NCBI RefSeq assembly: GCF_964194025.1
Contig: NC_134475.1
Span: 48,856,001 to 48,920,000 of the forward strand
Direction: 5' to 3'
Origin: Convolutriloba macropyga
Taxonomy: Eukaryota
Length of the DNA: 64,000 bases
Shown here: piece after piece, positions 12,961 to 27,200 of the stretch
Position numbering within the stretch: position 1 is the first letter of the stretch
Layout of the letters: each line of letters starts with the position of its first letter
Notes under the pieces: generated by a model
Database searches by the model: none
Told to the model about the DNA's origin: nothing
The model's input: only the letters and a program-made list of their open reading frames with translations
Made by a program: the position numbers and the translations under genes

Positions 12961-15900
12961 CATAGACTGTGACTCATTCTCCATCTGGGCACTCCTCTTG
13001 TGTACATCCTGCTGAAGTGTCTGGTACTCCAAAGCCCTCACCTCTAGTGCGTGTTTGACCTGTTTGACCTCTGTGGCGAGGAGGGCAATGGCCGATTGGT
13101 ACTTTGAACTGTCCTGAGACCATTCCTCCACTGACTGGGATACACTGTTCAACCTAGTAGTATGAATAACATTTTCAAAAAGAGTGCGATTTCGGGAAGG
13201 GATAAGTCCGAAACCGTCCATAATGAAAATGTAATTTGGATAGTTTATGTTAGAATTGAAAGTTTTTGACCTGAACTGTTAATTGATCACTCTACGGACT
13301 AAAAATGGTCAAATAAATTTATACTTTAACTCAGACAAACCCGGCAGATTGCCGGAAAATAGCCGCCGTTGATTCCCATAACCGCGATTGGGTTTGAAAG
13401 AGAAAAATAATGGAAACAAAAATGTAGAAAAACAATTTTAAAGTGCGAATTATTTTGATGTCATTCCGTTGCTGAACAGACTCATATCTCAGAGTGAGAC
13501 AATACAAAGGCTAGTATCAATACCAATAAGCATTAGAGATGTTAACTAAGAACAAAGTTAGAGTACCGGGCATCTAAAATCGGGCTTTATGGGTTTATCC
13601 CGTTTCTATTTCTGATTTCGTTTTTTGATACTGACTCTGTTTAATTTGAGTTAGAGTGCCGAGCAACTGCTGTTTAAAAGCACTTTAAGCAGAATGAGAG
13701 AAGAGTGAAATTAGCCTAGAGAAGTCAAACAGATTTCACGCAAAATGTTAAACAAGCTAAGAACTAAGGTAACGCGAAAAACTTTAATTCGACGAAGTAA
13801 AAAAACATAGCAGGACAAGACCTGACGTACAATTCAAAGAATTTTCATTGACTAAAAAAACTAGACCTAAAACGGACTATGAATGGATTGGAAAAACCAT
13901 TTAGAAAAAAATCCGATCCAAAAAATCGAAAAAACAGTAAAAATCAAAGTGAAATTGCCGCATGTGAACAAAAAACCACTAGCGAGAAAGCGAATTTTTG
14001 TTCAAACACTGTTTTCTCACTCTACTTTAAATTTAGAGTGAAAATTTTTTACGCCGGAAAACCACTCGCTTTTTCGCTCCACTTCCTGTTTCGGCGTGAC
14101 CAAAATCACTACTCCAATTTGACTTCAAAAATCATGAACATGTGTGAACGGATCTTAAAACATACCCGGCAGATTGCCGGAAAATAGCCGCCATTGATTC
14201 CAATAAGCATGATTGGGATTGAAATCACAGAAGATATTGAAAAAAAAAAGATTTTTGTACAAAAACATTTTTTTAAGTCCAATTTATTTTGATGGCATTT
14301 CGTAGTTGAACATACTTCTGTTTCTTAGAGAGAGGCTACAGGGGCTACTATCAATAACAATAAGCATTAGAGAGAGGTAACTAATATTTATAGGAACGAC
14401 GTTCAAATAGCGGGCATCTAAAATTGGGCTTTATGGGTTTATCCCGTTTCTACTTCTGACTTCAATTTTTTATACTGACTCTGTTCATTTTGAATTGCTT
14501 TGCTGAGCAACTGATGTTCAAAATCACTTTTAGCAGAATGAGATAAGAGAGAAACTAGCCTAGAGAAGTCAAAAAGATTTCACGCAAAATGTTGTAAAGG
14601 CGGCAAAATGAGGTAAAGCGAAACTTTTTTTTATTCGACGAAGTAAAAAAAAAATAGGAGCGCTATAATAGCCGGCTGAGAAGATGAGGTCGGCTATTAA
14701 AAAGAAGACAGCGCCCCAATACAATTCAAATTCTTTGAATTGTAAACATAGCAGGACAAGTCCTGACGTACAATTCTAAGAATTTTCATTGGATATACAA
14801 AAACTGGACCTGGAACGGGCTATGAATGGATTGGGAAAACCATTTAGATAAAAATCCGATCCAAAAAATAGAAAAAACAGTAAAAATCAAAGTGAAATTG
14901 CCGCATGTGAACAAAAAACCACTAGCGAGAAAGCGAATTTTTGTTCAAACACCGTTTTCTCACTCTACTTTAAATTTAGAGTGAAAATTTTTTACGCCGG
15001 AAAACCACTCGCTTTTTCGCTCCACTTCCTGTTTCGGCGTGACCAAAATCACTACTCCAATTTGACTTCAAAAATCATGAACATGTGTGAACGGATCTTA
15101 AAACATACCCGGCAGATTGCCGGAAAATAGCCGCCATTGATTCCAATAAGCATGATTGGGATTGAAATCACAGAAGATATTGAAAAAAAAAAGATTTTTG
15201 TACAAAAACATTTTTTTAAGTCCAATTTATTTTGATGGCATTTCGTAGTTGAACATACTTCTGTTTCTTAGAGAGAGGCTACAGGGGCTACTATCAAAAA
15301 CAATAAGCATTAGAGAGAGGTAACTAATATTTATAGGAACGACGTTCAAATAGCGGGCATCTAAAATTGGGCTTTATGGGTTTATCCCGTTTCTACTTCT
15401 GACTTCAATTTTTTATACTGACTCTGTTCATTTTGAATTGCTTTGCTGAGCAACTGATGTTCAAAATCACTTTTAGCAGAATGAGATAAGAGAGAAACTA
15501 GCCTAGAGAAGTCAAAAAGATTTCACGCAAAATGTTGTAAAGGCGGCAAAATGAGGTAAAGCGAAACTTTTTTTATTCGACGAAGTAAAAAAAAAATAGG
15601 AGCGCTATAATAGCCGGCTGAGAAGATGAGGGCGGCTATTAAAAAGAAGACAGCGCCCCAATACAATTCAAATTCTTTGAATTGTAAACATAGCAGGACA
15701 AGTCCTGACGTACAATTCTAAGAATTTTCATTGGATATACAAAAACTAGACCTGGAACGGGCTATGAATGGATTGGGAAAACCATTTAGATAAAAATCCG
15801 ATCCAAAAAATAGAAAAAACAGTAAAAATCAAAGTGAAATTGCCGCATGTGAACAAAAAACCACTAGCGAGAAAGCGAATTTTTGTTCAAACACCGTTTT

Positions 15901-18900
15901 CTCACTCTACTTTAAATTTAGAGTGAAAATTTTTTACGCCGGAAAACCACTCGCTTTTTCGCTCCACTTCCTGTTTCGGCGTGACCAAAATCACTACTCC
16001 AATTTGACTTCAAAAATCATGAACATGTGTGAACGGATCTTAAAACATACCCGGCAGATTGCCGGAAAATAGCCGCCATTGATTCCCATAAGCATGATTG
16101 GGATTGAAATCACAGAAGATATTGAAAAAAAAAAGATTTTTGTACAAAAACATTTTTTTAAGTCCAATTTATTTTGATGGCATTTCGTAGTTGAACATAC
16201 TTCTGTTTCTTAGAGAGAGGCTACAGGGGCTACTATCAATAACAATAAGCATTAGAGAGAGGTAACTAATATTTATAGGAACGACGTTCAAATAGCGGGC
16301 ATCTAAAATTGGGCTTTATGGGTTTATCCCGTTTCTACTTCTGACTTCAATTTTTTATACTGACTCTGTTCATTTTGAATTGCTTTGCTGAGCAACTGAT
16401 GTTCAAAATCACTTTTAGCAGAATGAGAGAAGAGAGAAACTAGCCTAGAGAAGTCAAAAAGATTTCACGCAAAATGTTGTAAAGGCGGCAAAATGAGGTA
16501 AAGCGAAACTTTTTTTTATTCGACGAAGTAAAAAAAAATAGGAGCGCTATAATAGCCGGCTGAGAAGATGAGGGCGGCTATTAAAAAGAAGACAGCGCCC
16601 CAATACAATTCAAATTCTTTGAATTGTAAACATAGCAGGACAAGTCCTGACGTACAATTCTAAGAATTTTCATTGGATATACAAAAACTAGACCTGGAAC
16701 GGACTATGAGTGAATTGGGAAAATCATTTCTAAAAAATCAGATAAAAAAAATAAAAAAAAGAGAAAAACAATGTCAAAATGCCGCAAGTAAACAGAAAAC
16801 CACTAGCGGGAAAGGGAAATTTGGTTCAATATAAAAAAACTAGGCCTAGAATGAACTCCATTCAAAAAAACCATTGAATGGGAAAACCATTCAGAAAAAA
16901 AATTCGATCCAAAAAATCGAAAAAAAACCAGTAAAAATGCCAACTATGTTCTTCGAGTGCTATCGCAGTTTGACCGGCTGCAACAGTGAGGACATGGAAT
17001 TACGTTTAGGCGTTAGTATGTAGGTAACCTTGTGAAGTATGTGTCATTTCTCTGCAACACGTCTCTCTGTGCTGTCATCAAGTTCTGTTCAAGTCTCTTC
17101 ATCTGGCTGCTCAAGTTGTTCACACTTGACTGGCCCTGTTCCAGCTATAAAAAATACTACGTACTTGATGTTTCCCAGTAACTTTTTTGACGACGGTATT
17201 ATTCATTTATTATCTTACGAATTTTTAAATCGTATATTTCTTTTCGTAATGTTACCAATGAGCATCGTATGATCATAAAGGCTCATGCTTCGCTCAAAGG
17301 TTGTGCAATTCTGACCCGCTTCCAACTTTAATCTGAATAAGTCATAACAGGACGTCACCATTCAAATATAATTGATAGATGAAAGTTTCATCTAGTTGAA
17401 TAGTCAATTTTCTGAAAGAGAACCTGTAAAATCGAGGTGGGTGTAATTTCCCTGCTTAAATTACATCGTGAAAGATCATATCAATCACGAACTCTTTGCC
17501 AACTTACAAACTTTTCACAGCCAGTTAAAGTCTACGCAAAGTCTCTCAATATCTGATGAATTAAATCCGTCCTTCTATAATCTTACTGTTAACGCTCATA
17601 ACTAATACCAAAGTAATTCGCACTTTAGTTTAATTTCAGCACTGTTGAAGTCCTGAACTTGTCTGTCAATCGCAAATATCAGCTTATAGTGTTATCATGT
17701 TTTGATATACTTAATTCTTAAAAAATCTTGTAATGAAGCGTTCAAAACTATAAAAGATTGTTCGGCCAAACTGAGGCACGAAGATCTGGACATAAGCACT
17801 TTTCGTCTGGGATCACCTAGGCATTTTACATCACTGTCTAAATAAACCTTTTGGTATGGGATCTCAATTTGCTGAGATTAACTTACCGTTTGTTCGACCT
17901 GTTGCAACCTGGCAGCCATCTGTGCCACACTCTGTCTGTTGTTCCTCTCAGTCTGTTCAGCAGTAGTCCTCTCTGCAACTTCTGCCCTGTAACCCTCCTC
18001 CAATCTCCTCACTGCCACTCTCATCTCATTCTGGAGTCTAACTACCTCCTCCAGTACTGTTCGGTTGCTCTGCTCAGCCGCCACTGGAATTATAAGGGTT
18101 TATATAGGGAATAAGGGTTTATATAGCCCGATGAGGGGTAGCACTGGGCATTTTAATCAATTTATATCAAAAATAATGGTGTAGAATTAATGTGTCAATT
18201 ATTTAGGGTCATAGTTCAAAGGTGGCTCGGCGGGGTATGATAGTTCTGAAATCTTTTGTTTGCTTATACGACAAGGAGGCTCGGTAATGTACGTACGCGC
18301 ATAATGTTCCGATCCCGCTAGTCCAAATTCCTGACTTAACTGGCTACCAAATGATTAAGAAATCGAAAACTTTAAAAAAACATACATATCGTTCATTAAA
18401 CCACTAATGGAATACAATAATTTCACGCTAGAGGGCCGATGAAATTTGTTGTTAAAAGGATTACTAGAAAAGAAAATTTAACAAAAATCAAATAACAAAC
18501 ATTAATTTCGACCAAAACTCGATGTCTATAATAAAAAATCAAAATAATATCAAACTGTATCAAACCTATACTTCATTAGAAACGATATGGGACCTGTTCT
18601 CAATGTGACTGGGCAACAGGTTGATTAAAAAGCAAAAACATGCGAAGTTCAAAAAAGTCTCTTTTAAAAAAACAATTAATTTCAAAGTAATTAATATCAT
18701 TAAATAATTACTGAAATCACTAAAATGTTCCTTTATACAAATACCGACAAAATTTAAAAGCTCAATTGAACTTTGCACGAAAATGGCAGTGAAGCCGTTA
18801 CATTCATAAACTTGTCACTAAGAGCATTAAAAATGTTTATTGCGAAATATTTATCAGCCGATGGGAACTACCATAAAAGTTATATTAAATTTAAAACAAA

Positions 18901-21900
18901 AATCCTTCAAATCGTACGAATTTATAAAAAAAAATCTAAAACAGTTTAAGAAATCTCGTAGTAACAGTAGAAACAAAGCCAAAAAACCACTGGCTGAAAC
19001 TAAAACCATTATATAGATTAATATAAAGCTCACTGGAAACGGGCTGTGATCTGTCCTTACAGAGACTAAGCTACAAATTGACCAAAAAAAATTTAAAAAG
19101 CCAGAAAAACCAAATGTCTTTGAAAACAAATAACGAACAAAAATAAAAACAAAATAAAACAAAACGAACTTATAAAATGTGCAAATATGCTCAAATTTCA
19201 TTAAAAAAATTGAAAACTTGTATCAAAACAAAAAAAAACCTTTAGTTAAACAAAAAACCATTGCAGATTTTCATTCATCAATCATAGCAAATGATTTTCC
19301 AGATGTTTTTACAGAGACTACGCCAGAAGTTGAGAGAAATAAGATAAAATAGTGGCAAAGTTCAAAATTTCACCGACATTAGATAACAACTGAAAGCGTT
19401 CTGTAGGTTAACCTAAACCTCCTAGAAAAGCCAATAAGGCCTTTGATTGGACAGAATAAGTCATTGTTCTAAAAAAGTATAGTAAATGAAAACAAACCAA
19501 AAGAAATCCATGAAACTTCAACGAAAAAAATGGTCCAAGCCATGAAAGCCAAGAGTTTAACTCTGAAACCAAAGTATATAGTGGTTTTGCTATGATTTGC
19601 TAAGATGTCAAAAAAGCTTTATTGCGGAGATATTAAAAAAATGACGCGCCCCATTATTATTTTTAAAAAATTTTTACCGTAGGGAACCATGGTGAGATCA
19701 ACATCAGCCCTGATATTGCTGCGCGGCTGAAAACAATTTTAATCTTTCAATTGGTTGCAAATTAGACCAATTTTGAAACAAACAATTTCAGTTTATCACA
19801 AACAAATAATGCATTTTTTATAATCGTCGAGTTCAAATTTGAGAAAAACTGGCAAAATCAAAAAATTATAATTACAGCAGACTCCTAATGCCAACACGTG
19901 TACAAGTGACTCTTTTTTAAAGTAAACAAAGAATTTGACCGCAGTTTTAAAGTGTCTACTTCCAGCGATTTTAAACAAAGTGGGCTAAAAAGCATTTTTG
20001 GTCCCATTTTGACGAAGTCTGAAAAAAATTGGCATAAACTCTAGATGAGAACCTCAGATCAGACGATTCAGCAAACCTCCGATATCTTTAAAAATAAAAT
20101 AAATAACACTAAAATTTAAAATTTTCAAATTTTTTAGCAAAATTGACGAACTTTTGGTCAAAAATACGGAAAGTGTGAATAAAAACAAGGGAATATTGTT
20201 TAATATTCACAAAATTTTAAACCTCGATAACTCTCTTCGAAAAAAAAAAGAAAATCAAAAAATCTTATTATTTCCATATTCTACACTGGAGGGCATTTCT
20301 AACGATACTACTCACAACCTCTACGATGATTATATCGGTCGGCGAAAAATTGACTGGACAAAAAATGCCATTTATAGTTCCTCTCCCCACTAAATTGTGT
20401 CGGAACAAATAGTGTGCATTTTTTCTTTTATCATAATTTATTCTTTTAGTCATTTTTGAGCAGAACTCCTGTATAAAAATTACTGTCGACAACTGTAAGT
20501 TTCTATACTAGTCTTCTTTTTTAAGTCAAAATTCTTCATATCTTCAAGACCTCAAAGGCATATGTTTACCTTTTCAATTTCAATCGCGTTTGACATGGTA
20601 CACAAAACACAATAATAGTGCTTCAAGAAATTCAAAAAGTGCAAAATGCTATGCAAACTATATTTATTCGCATATTACGGCCATGTGTAATTTAACATTC
20701 TCTATCTAAAACAATTTATAACACAATTATCAACTAAGATAGTATCATATTTTTTATTAAAAAAACAACAATAAAGGTGATTGAAAAGCTAATTTCCGCA
20801 CGTTCACAAATTACGAATAACGGCATCAACAAAGTTTCAAATTTGCGAAGGCATGTTTCAAATATTTTTCTGTGTATAATTTTAATTTTTGTAGACCCAA
20901 AATTTTTAACCAGATTTCTGTTATCAGCTTTTGCTCCAGCAAATAAAACTTCAAGAAACATTAAATTATTGTTTTTGGTTTATCGGTATAAAAAAAATCC
21001 AGACAACTAAATTCAAGCAATTTGATTTAACATCAAAAGTAAAATGTACGTTTTGTACACTTTTAGAGCAAAAATTGTTCATCATTTTTTGACTTACGCG
21101 TTATTGTTTGTACTTATCAATTACAATGTAACTTTCATAACAACATATTGAAAATTGTTAAAATCTTCACAGTTTTCAGTGCGACTCTTATTGGTTTCCT
21201 GTAGCTCTTAAGACGCTAAACAGTAAACTAAGCAGCTTGATAATATGCGCTAACACGCAATCTTTCGACCCCGCTCATCCACATTTTTGATATAAGTTTC
21301 CATCAAATGAGGAATAGATAAAAACAACGTTCAAAATTTCACATATTGTTCAAAAGTTCAAAAAAACTTCAAACTCAAACCACCGTATGGAATTTAAAAA
21401 AATCGTTAAATGCTGATAAGGCCTGCCATCATTGAGTGTAAGGTACTAGACAAACAACCAAATTAAACACCTAGAACAAACACTATTTTCAACCATAACT
21501 AAATGGAAAATTGTTTTAACGAAAAAACTTGTCCGTCACTACAAAAATAGGGGCCTATCTTTAATGAGACTACGTAAAAAGTTGACAAAAAACCAAAGAT
21601 CAAAACAAGTTTAAATTTTTAAAAACATTTAATTTCTTAGTCATGAAAGCCATCAGCTACCATCTGAAATTATCCGATACATTCATACCTGTCTACAAAA
21701 ACATTGTCATGATCTTGGAAATGTTGTGCAGCTACCAAAAAAAAACGACAAATACAGGTAGAATTTAAAAATTCGATAAACTTTTTGCGAGAAAACGGTG
21801 TCGAAGCCATTATCCATTCACTTCTCATTATCTTGGAAATGTTATACGACTACAAAAATAATAACAACTACAGATAAAGATTTTAAAAAAAAAAATCGAG

Positions 21901-23010
21901 AAAACGGAGTCGATTCCATTCACTAAATGCACTAGGTATATTCAAGTTCCTCCTTATGTCATTGCAATTAAAGTGATGTGAGACCTGTCATTAATGTGAT
22001 AGGGAACAAAAAGAAACCTCAAAAAAGGGCTACAGGGCAAACCACAAAAATGGGCGAACCCACAATAAAGATTAAAATTTAATGTACAAGAAGGGGGATG
22101 CAACCTTTTTATTGAGGAGGCTGTGCTAAAAATTGACATAAATATAAAAAAATTTTTCTTTAGTTAATTTTTTTTCAGTTGTGAATTAACTTCATTTTTT
22201 TTACCAAAATATTCGCCTGCTTGGTTCCAATTAAGAGTTTTATTCTTCAGCTCTGCTATACAACTAGAGAATGCAACAAATATATGTTCCATATTCACTG
22301 AGTTATGTGCTACTGAGAGGTTTGCTGCTAAGTACTAAATGATAATCGACGTTTTTCTAACCAATACATACCCATTTCATCTGAAAACGAAAACATTTAT
22401 TTTCTGTTTCACTCTGAAAGTTATGAAAGAAATGCGCTGAAATGCAAAGTGTGTTGAATGGTACTGAAATGCACTGAACTGGTTTAAGAAATGCGCTAAA
22501 CATAAACATGAGAATTCTTTTTCACTTAATATTAGACGTAACAAATCTTCGAAATGTATGATTTTAATCCGAAGAAATGATACTATAATTAAAAACTATA
22601 CTAGAAATTAAAAATACTAGATAACTCCTGTTTCTTCATTTTTCGAAGCCTAAGAAATTGTTGGTTTTGTCGAAAACCGCGAGCAAATCTAGGAGCAGAA
22701 GGAATAGAGAACAAGAAAAAAATAGAGGACCCAATAACTTACTCAGCCTCATCTCTAATGCCCTGACCCTGCTACTTTCATCTGTCTTTCCACCTGCTCC
22801 CCCACCAACACTCCCACCCACTGTACTCTGTCTGAATGGGATTAGAGAGTTGTTCACACCCCCACCAGAGGCAGTCATAGCTGGCATGCTCATGGCTGTG
22901 GCAGTGGTCAAGTTGTTTAGGGGTCCCTTGGGTGAAAAAATCTCTGGGTCTCCTCTGCTGGTTAGGATTTGAGGGAGGGTGTCATACTTTGGGTAACTAA
23001 TACTGGCCAT
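12961..23010 (-). CDS. Multi-exon uncharacterised coiled-coil protein gene (5' part, 4 exons)
   Basis: Exons 23010-22743 (ATG; donor A|GTAAGT), 18083-17887 (TTCCAG|, ACG|GTAAGT), 17144-17029 (TTATAG|, AG|GTTACC), 13153-12961 (TACTAG|, ATG|GTAAGG). Phases 1/0/2 join into one open frame: ...RVRALEMRLMAAEQSNRTVLEEVVRLQNEM...EQTLEQGQSSVNNLSSQMKRLEQNL...FTRLNSVSQ...ENESQSM, a heptad-rich sequence. Confidence 0.85.
13335..16830 (-). mobile_element. Tandem array (~943-bp period) of Helentron/HINE-like element family 1
   Basis: CCCGGCAGATTGCCGG recurs at 13340, 14165, 15108 and 16050. Each unit has subterminal AATAGCCGCC / GGCGGCTATT, a 5' inverted repeat and a 3' stem-loop. The last three units are nearly identical; the first is diverged. 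Confidence 0.8.
18288..20409 (-). mobile_element. Helentron/HINE-like element family 2 (~2.1 kb, non-coding)
   Basis: Subterminal inverted repeats TGTTCCGA (18305) and TCGGAACA (20400); small palindrome ATGTACGTACGCGCAT just outside the left repeat; homologous to 1-1008. Confidence 0.55.
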
Positions 23011-24290
23011 GCTCAGGTTGTCAGCTCGGAATTTGATCTGGTTTCGTCATGAGAATAGTAAGATAAGGTAATGGTAAAATATCTGTATGAAGGTTGTTGA
23101 TCCGGAAGCGTTCGGATAAAAGGCGGACAGTGAAAAAAGATGCCAGGGATATTTTTTGATTATGAAGGAAAGTAAATTACAAAAATTAGTATTTACAACG
23201 CCATAACGATTTCTGATCTCACTTTTTGCTCAATTCGATGTATTACAAGGTAAAAACCAAAAGGAATTTATATTACAAATTAAAACAAACTTGCTCTTTG
23301 CGTCCAGGTAACAAACGGTAATTCGATATAGTCCAGTGCATTCTGATGCATCAAACGATATGTTCTGCAGAAGTCATCAAACTGCACTGCTAATGTTGAT
23401 TTTATTTACTAAATAGAACTAAAAAAATTAGTAGAACTGGTTATGATATTTTGCAGTATTTTTCCCAGGTCATTGTCCTAGCTTCACTGTACCCCGTCAC
23501 TCTTAAAAGAGACAATATTGTGGGTGTCGATACAAACGCAATCGGTCGAGAAATATGGATCTTGTTTGTCAACAAAACACCAATAAACTAGTGAAGCGTG
23601 TTTGATTTTGAACACGATAACAGTAAACAATGCTACGCTCTACGATAGCATACACCAGTATACTACACTACAAAAAACAGCTTACCAATAGAAAAAAAAC
23701 TATGTGCAGAATACAAAACGCATTTGATAGCAAAACTCTGTGCGTGCATAAGAATAACATACGCTTAAATTTTAAAAACGAAAAATGCAAAATTCAGGTG
23801 TTATATTATTGGAGAGCCGGCTCATTGTTTGAATCATTGTGCATTACAGCTACAAAATATCATATACCACATACAAACTACATTTGAATGTAGTACCACT
23901 AGGTGTTTTGAGTAGCCGAAACGTTTAATTCTCCATCAAATATAAGCATATAGAAGGTTGCTTTCATCAGGTGGCTAAAACTGCTCTTTTTTGAAGCAAA
24001 AAACCGGCCGCACACGTGAATACGCACTTGCTAATAAAAATCATTTGTTTTTTTATTATTTGTAATTGAATGTTACTTAAATACTTTAAAAAAAGATAAT
24101 TTTGACGGTTTGTTAGAAACAAATCTTAATTAACCAAGTTATTTGAATGAAAAATTTCCGATAAGCTTTTATTATATGTGTACAAAAATTAGTCAAGCGT
24201 TGTCAAAAATTTCGCCCAAGTTTCAAATTTCATGAATCTTAGTTTTACTTAAAATATTTATTACGTCAACGTTGCTTCTAACTTTTATCA

Positions 24291-27200
24291 ATGGAAGCAC
24301 CGTTTGTTCCCGACTCACACGAATTCTCTTCGTTCACAAATGCCACGAGAGTCACTCCGAGAGAGAAGATAGCGAAGAGTTACATGTTCATACTAGACAC
24401 GCCTGAACAAAGTTCAAAATCATCTGTCATTTCTCATGAAGAGCATGATCAAAACGAAGCACAAAACAGGTCAGTCTAAACTCACTAACAAAAGTAAACG
24501 CACGTATCGCAGTTTTACATGGTAAACTGTGTTTTTAAAAAATGTTTTTGCCATCATTTTGATTGCCAACTTTAATTATTAGCCGAATCATCAAAAAATA
24601 GATGGAACTTTAATTGCTTTAAATTTTGTGTAGATGTTGTGATGAAGTACAGAGAAAATCAAGATAGAGTTTTTGCCAGGTGTGCAATTGCTGGCGGGAG
24701 TAATTTGAGTTCCATGTAAATTTATTCAAAATGATCACAACTCCTAAAATCACAATACAAAAACTTTTTTCAAATGAGGTAGGCATTATAAAGCTGAAGA
24801 ATCTTCACTTTGGACTTTAATTACTGCTAAAGAAAGAGGAAATTTTTATCGGAATGTTCTCTATAAATACTCCTGATATCTTTCCACAACTTAAATTTCT
24901 CTGCATTAAAAGTCTATTCGCATAAACTGTAAACAGATCCGAAATCCACTTGCAATCAAAAAAGCCCCAGGGTTACAGGAAACAATCTAAGTAACGTTTC
25001 AGCATTTTTGTTAAGGTCAAAATACACTTAAGACCAAAATAAACGTTCAAGTTTTAAAATTATATGAAAAATTGCATTTTTGAAGAGCATTTCACAAATA
25101 TTCCGATAGCGGTTTTGTGAAAAACAAAATTGTATATGAATCTACTGACAATCGGAAGAAAATTAACTAAACAAAGTTTTAGAAAAATGACAATAGTTCA
25201 TTCAGAGAAAATGCATAGGAACTTTGCCTTTTCTCATAGTTTGCCCTAAGTTGAATCCAAAATGAAATCTGCTCAACTTGATCATAAAGCTCTTGAAATC
25301 AAATTCAAAAACTGGCTTAAGATGAGGGAGGCATCATCATGTTCAATAGTTTTCATATGAGACCCATTTTATTTCAAATTATGGAAAACTGGCAGAATTG
25401 TATTGCGCTTTCTTCTGCTTTTATGTTAATATTCTGCTTTCTCCTGCTTTTATTTATGTTAATTAAATTTCATTGATTCTCAGTCTATTAATATCAACTT
25501 CAAAAAAATTGGATGTCAGAATAGTAATGAAAAAGCTCTTCAAAAAACAGGCAGCTTACTATGATATTTAGCGGTTTGAACGGTTTGCTTTTATTAATGA
25601 GTATACAAAGATTATTTAAATGTGCAAGAAAACGTTCTGCAAAATAAAAATATGTTCAAAAACATCAGCTGCCAGCCAATAAAATTTTTGTCTACAACTA
25701 TACCAGAGAACACTCAATATTGAAAACGATTCCAGCGTTTGATTAACTGGAAAAATAGCTAGCTTCATTAGTAATGGTATTCCAAATTCATAGAAAATAA
25801 AGGGTGGCCGACTCGTATTAGAAGAAAAAATGCTGTTGCTTTGATAATGTACTCAAAATTAAAAATCAAAGAAATTTAAGTATTGGAGATTATAGAGAAA
25901 AAATGAATTCTTAAAATAGTTCAAGGCGTGATAATCAATACGAGTTCGATCTTCTAATTCAAAAAACCATTGTTATTTGTACCGTTTTACTTGCATTTGC
26001 TTCAATATATTCCACCATTATCTGAAATCAAAATTTCGAGAGGCTTTGAATTTAGAAAAAAAACGGGAAAATCAATTCAACTTACTTGAAAAGGAATTCA
26101 GTTTTAATTTATGAAACAGTTCATCAGACATTGGAAGATAGCGGAAAGTTAAGTCCGTCGATTGTTTCCTGTTACGACAACTATAGATAATGAATAAAGT
26201 TTTTGTAGTCACTTAAGTTTTTTCACACCATTTAGGTTTTCGAAATTTCCAAGTTTAACTATGTTTTAGTATACTTGAGTTACTGTTCGAAAGCTTACAT
26301 TACTGCTCTTTGAAGACAAATTAGCAATACGTTAACCAGCGATATTTTAGATTTATGAAAACGAGATAATACTGAGCTGTCGCTTAACCAGATACTCCGA
26401 TGTTGTATACTGAACGGCAAAAGTAATTTAGCAACCACCGTTTGCACGCAATAGAAAATTCAATTTTTTAGGCAGTAAACCCAATGACAAAAGTAAGTGC
26501 ACAGAATGCAATTTTAAATTGTTAATTGCCTGTTTTTGCAGACAATTTTAGTCAACTCAACATAATTTTGGTCTTTCCTTTTGATATTTATGTCAATCGT
26601 CGCGGAATCATCAGAAGTTTAGCAGATCTATTTTTGGGTAAACTGACAAGTTTACTTAAAAAAACTTCAAAAAGGCGTCAGCCAATTTTCCATAAACAGC
26701 TGTATTTGAGTCCCACCTGTGAACTTGTTGAATTCACAATGCCTAAAACTAAGGAGGCATTAGCAATTTGAAAACATTCCACGTGGGACTCGAAATACAG
26801 CTGCTTATTGAAAATTGGCTAACTTTCATCTTGATTTTTTCTGTAAGCAAGCTTGTTAGGTTACCCAAAAAAAAATATCAAACGTCTGATGATTATGCGT
26901 TGGCTGCCATAAAAATCAAAAGGAACGATCAAGATTATGTTGACAAAAATTAACAACAAAAAAAGACAATTTACCATATAAAACTGCATTTTGTGCGTTT
27001 AATTTGTCAGTGAGTATAATACTCCAAATTAAAATTAAATTTTCTGAACATTTTATACACCATTGATCTCCCACCTTAGTCCGATCGACTAACAATGAAA
27101 GTCACATAAAACGCAACATTCACTTACCAGAAATTCCAATGTAAAATTGATTAACCCCATCCAACTTTCACAGTAAAATTAAATTTCCGGGCACATAGAA

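Larger units (their letters stand above)
7930..13058 (+). repeat. Tandem segmental duplication, ~2.56 kb unit (PPT + 3'LTR + ~1.93 kb flank)
   Basis: 7930-10488 is repeated at 10489-13058 (LTR starts at 7940 and 10499, period 2559). Duplicated ORF pairs appear in the track. The junction shows TGA microhomology. Confidence 0.95.

Noticed and set aside
23900-23985. CTGATGA (minus) and GAAAC (plus) motifs suggesting a hammerhead
   Set aside because: The core elements are on opposite strands; no GAAA follows helix II on the same strand.
23295-24530. Possible RFX X-boxes (GCGTCCAGGTAAC ~23300, GTTTTACATGGTAAAC ~24512)
   Set aside because: Only partial matches to the consensus; not supportable without a motif scan.
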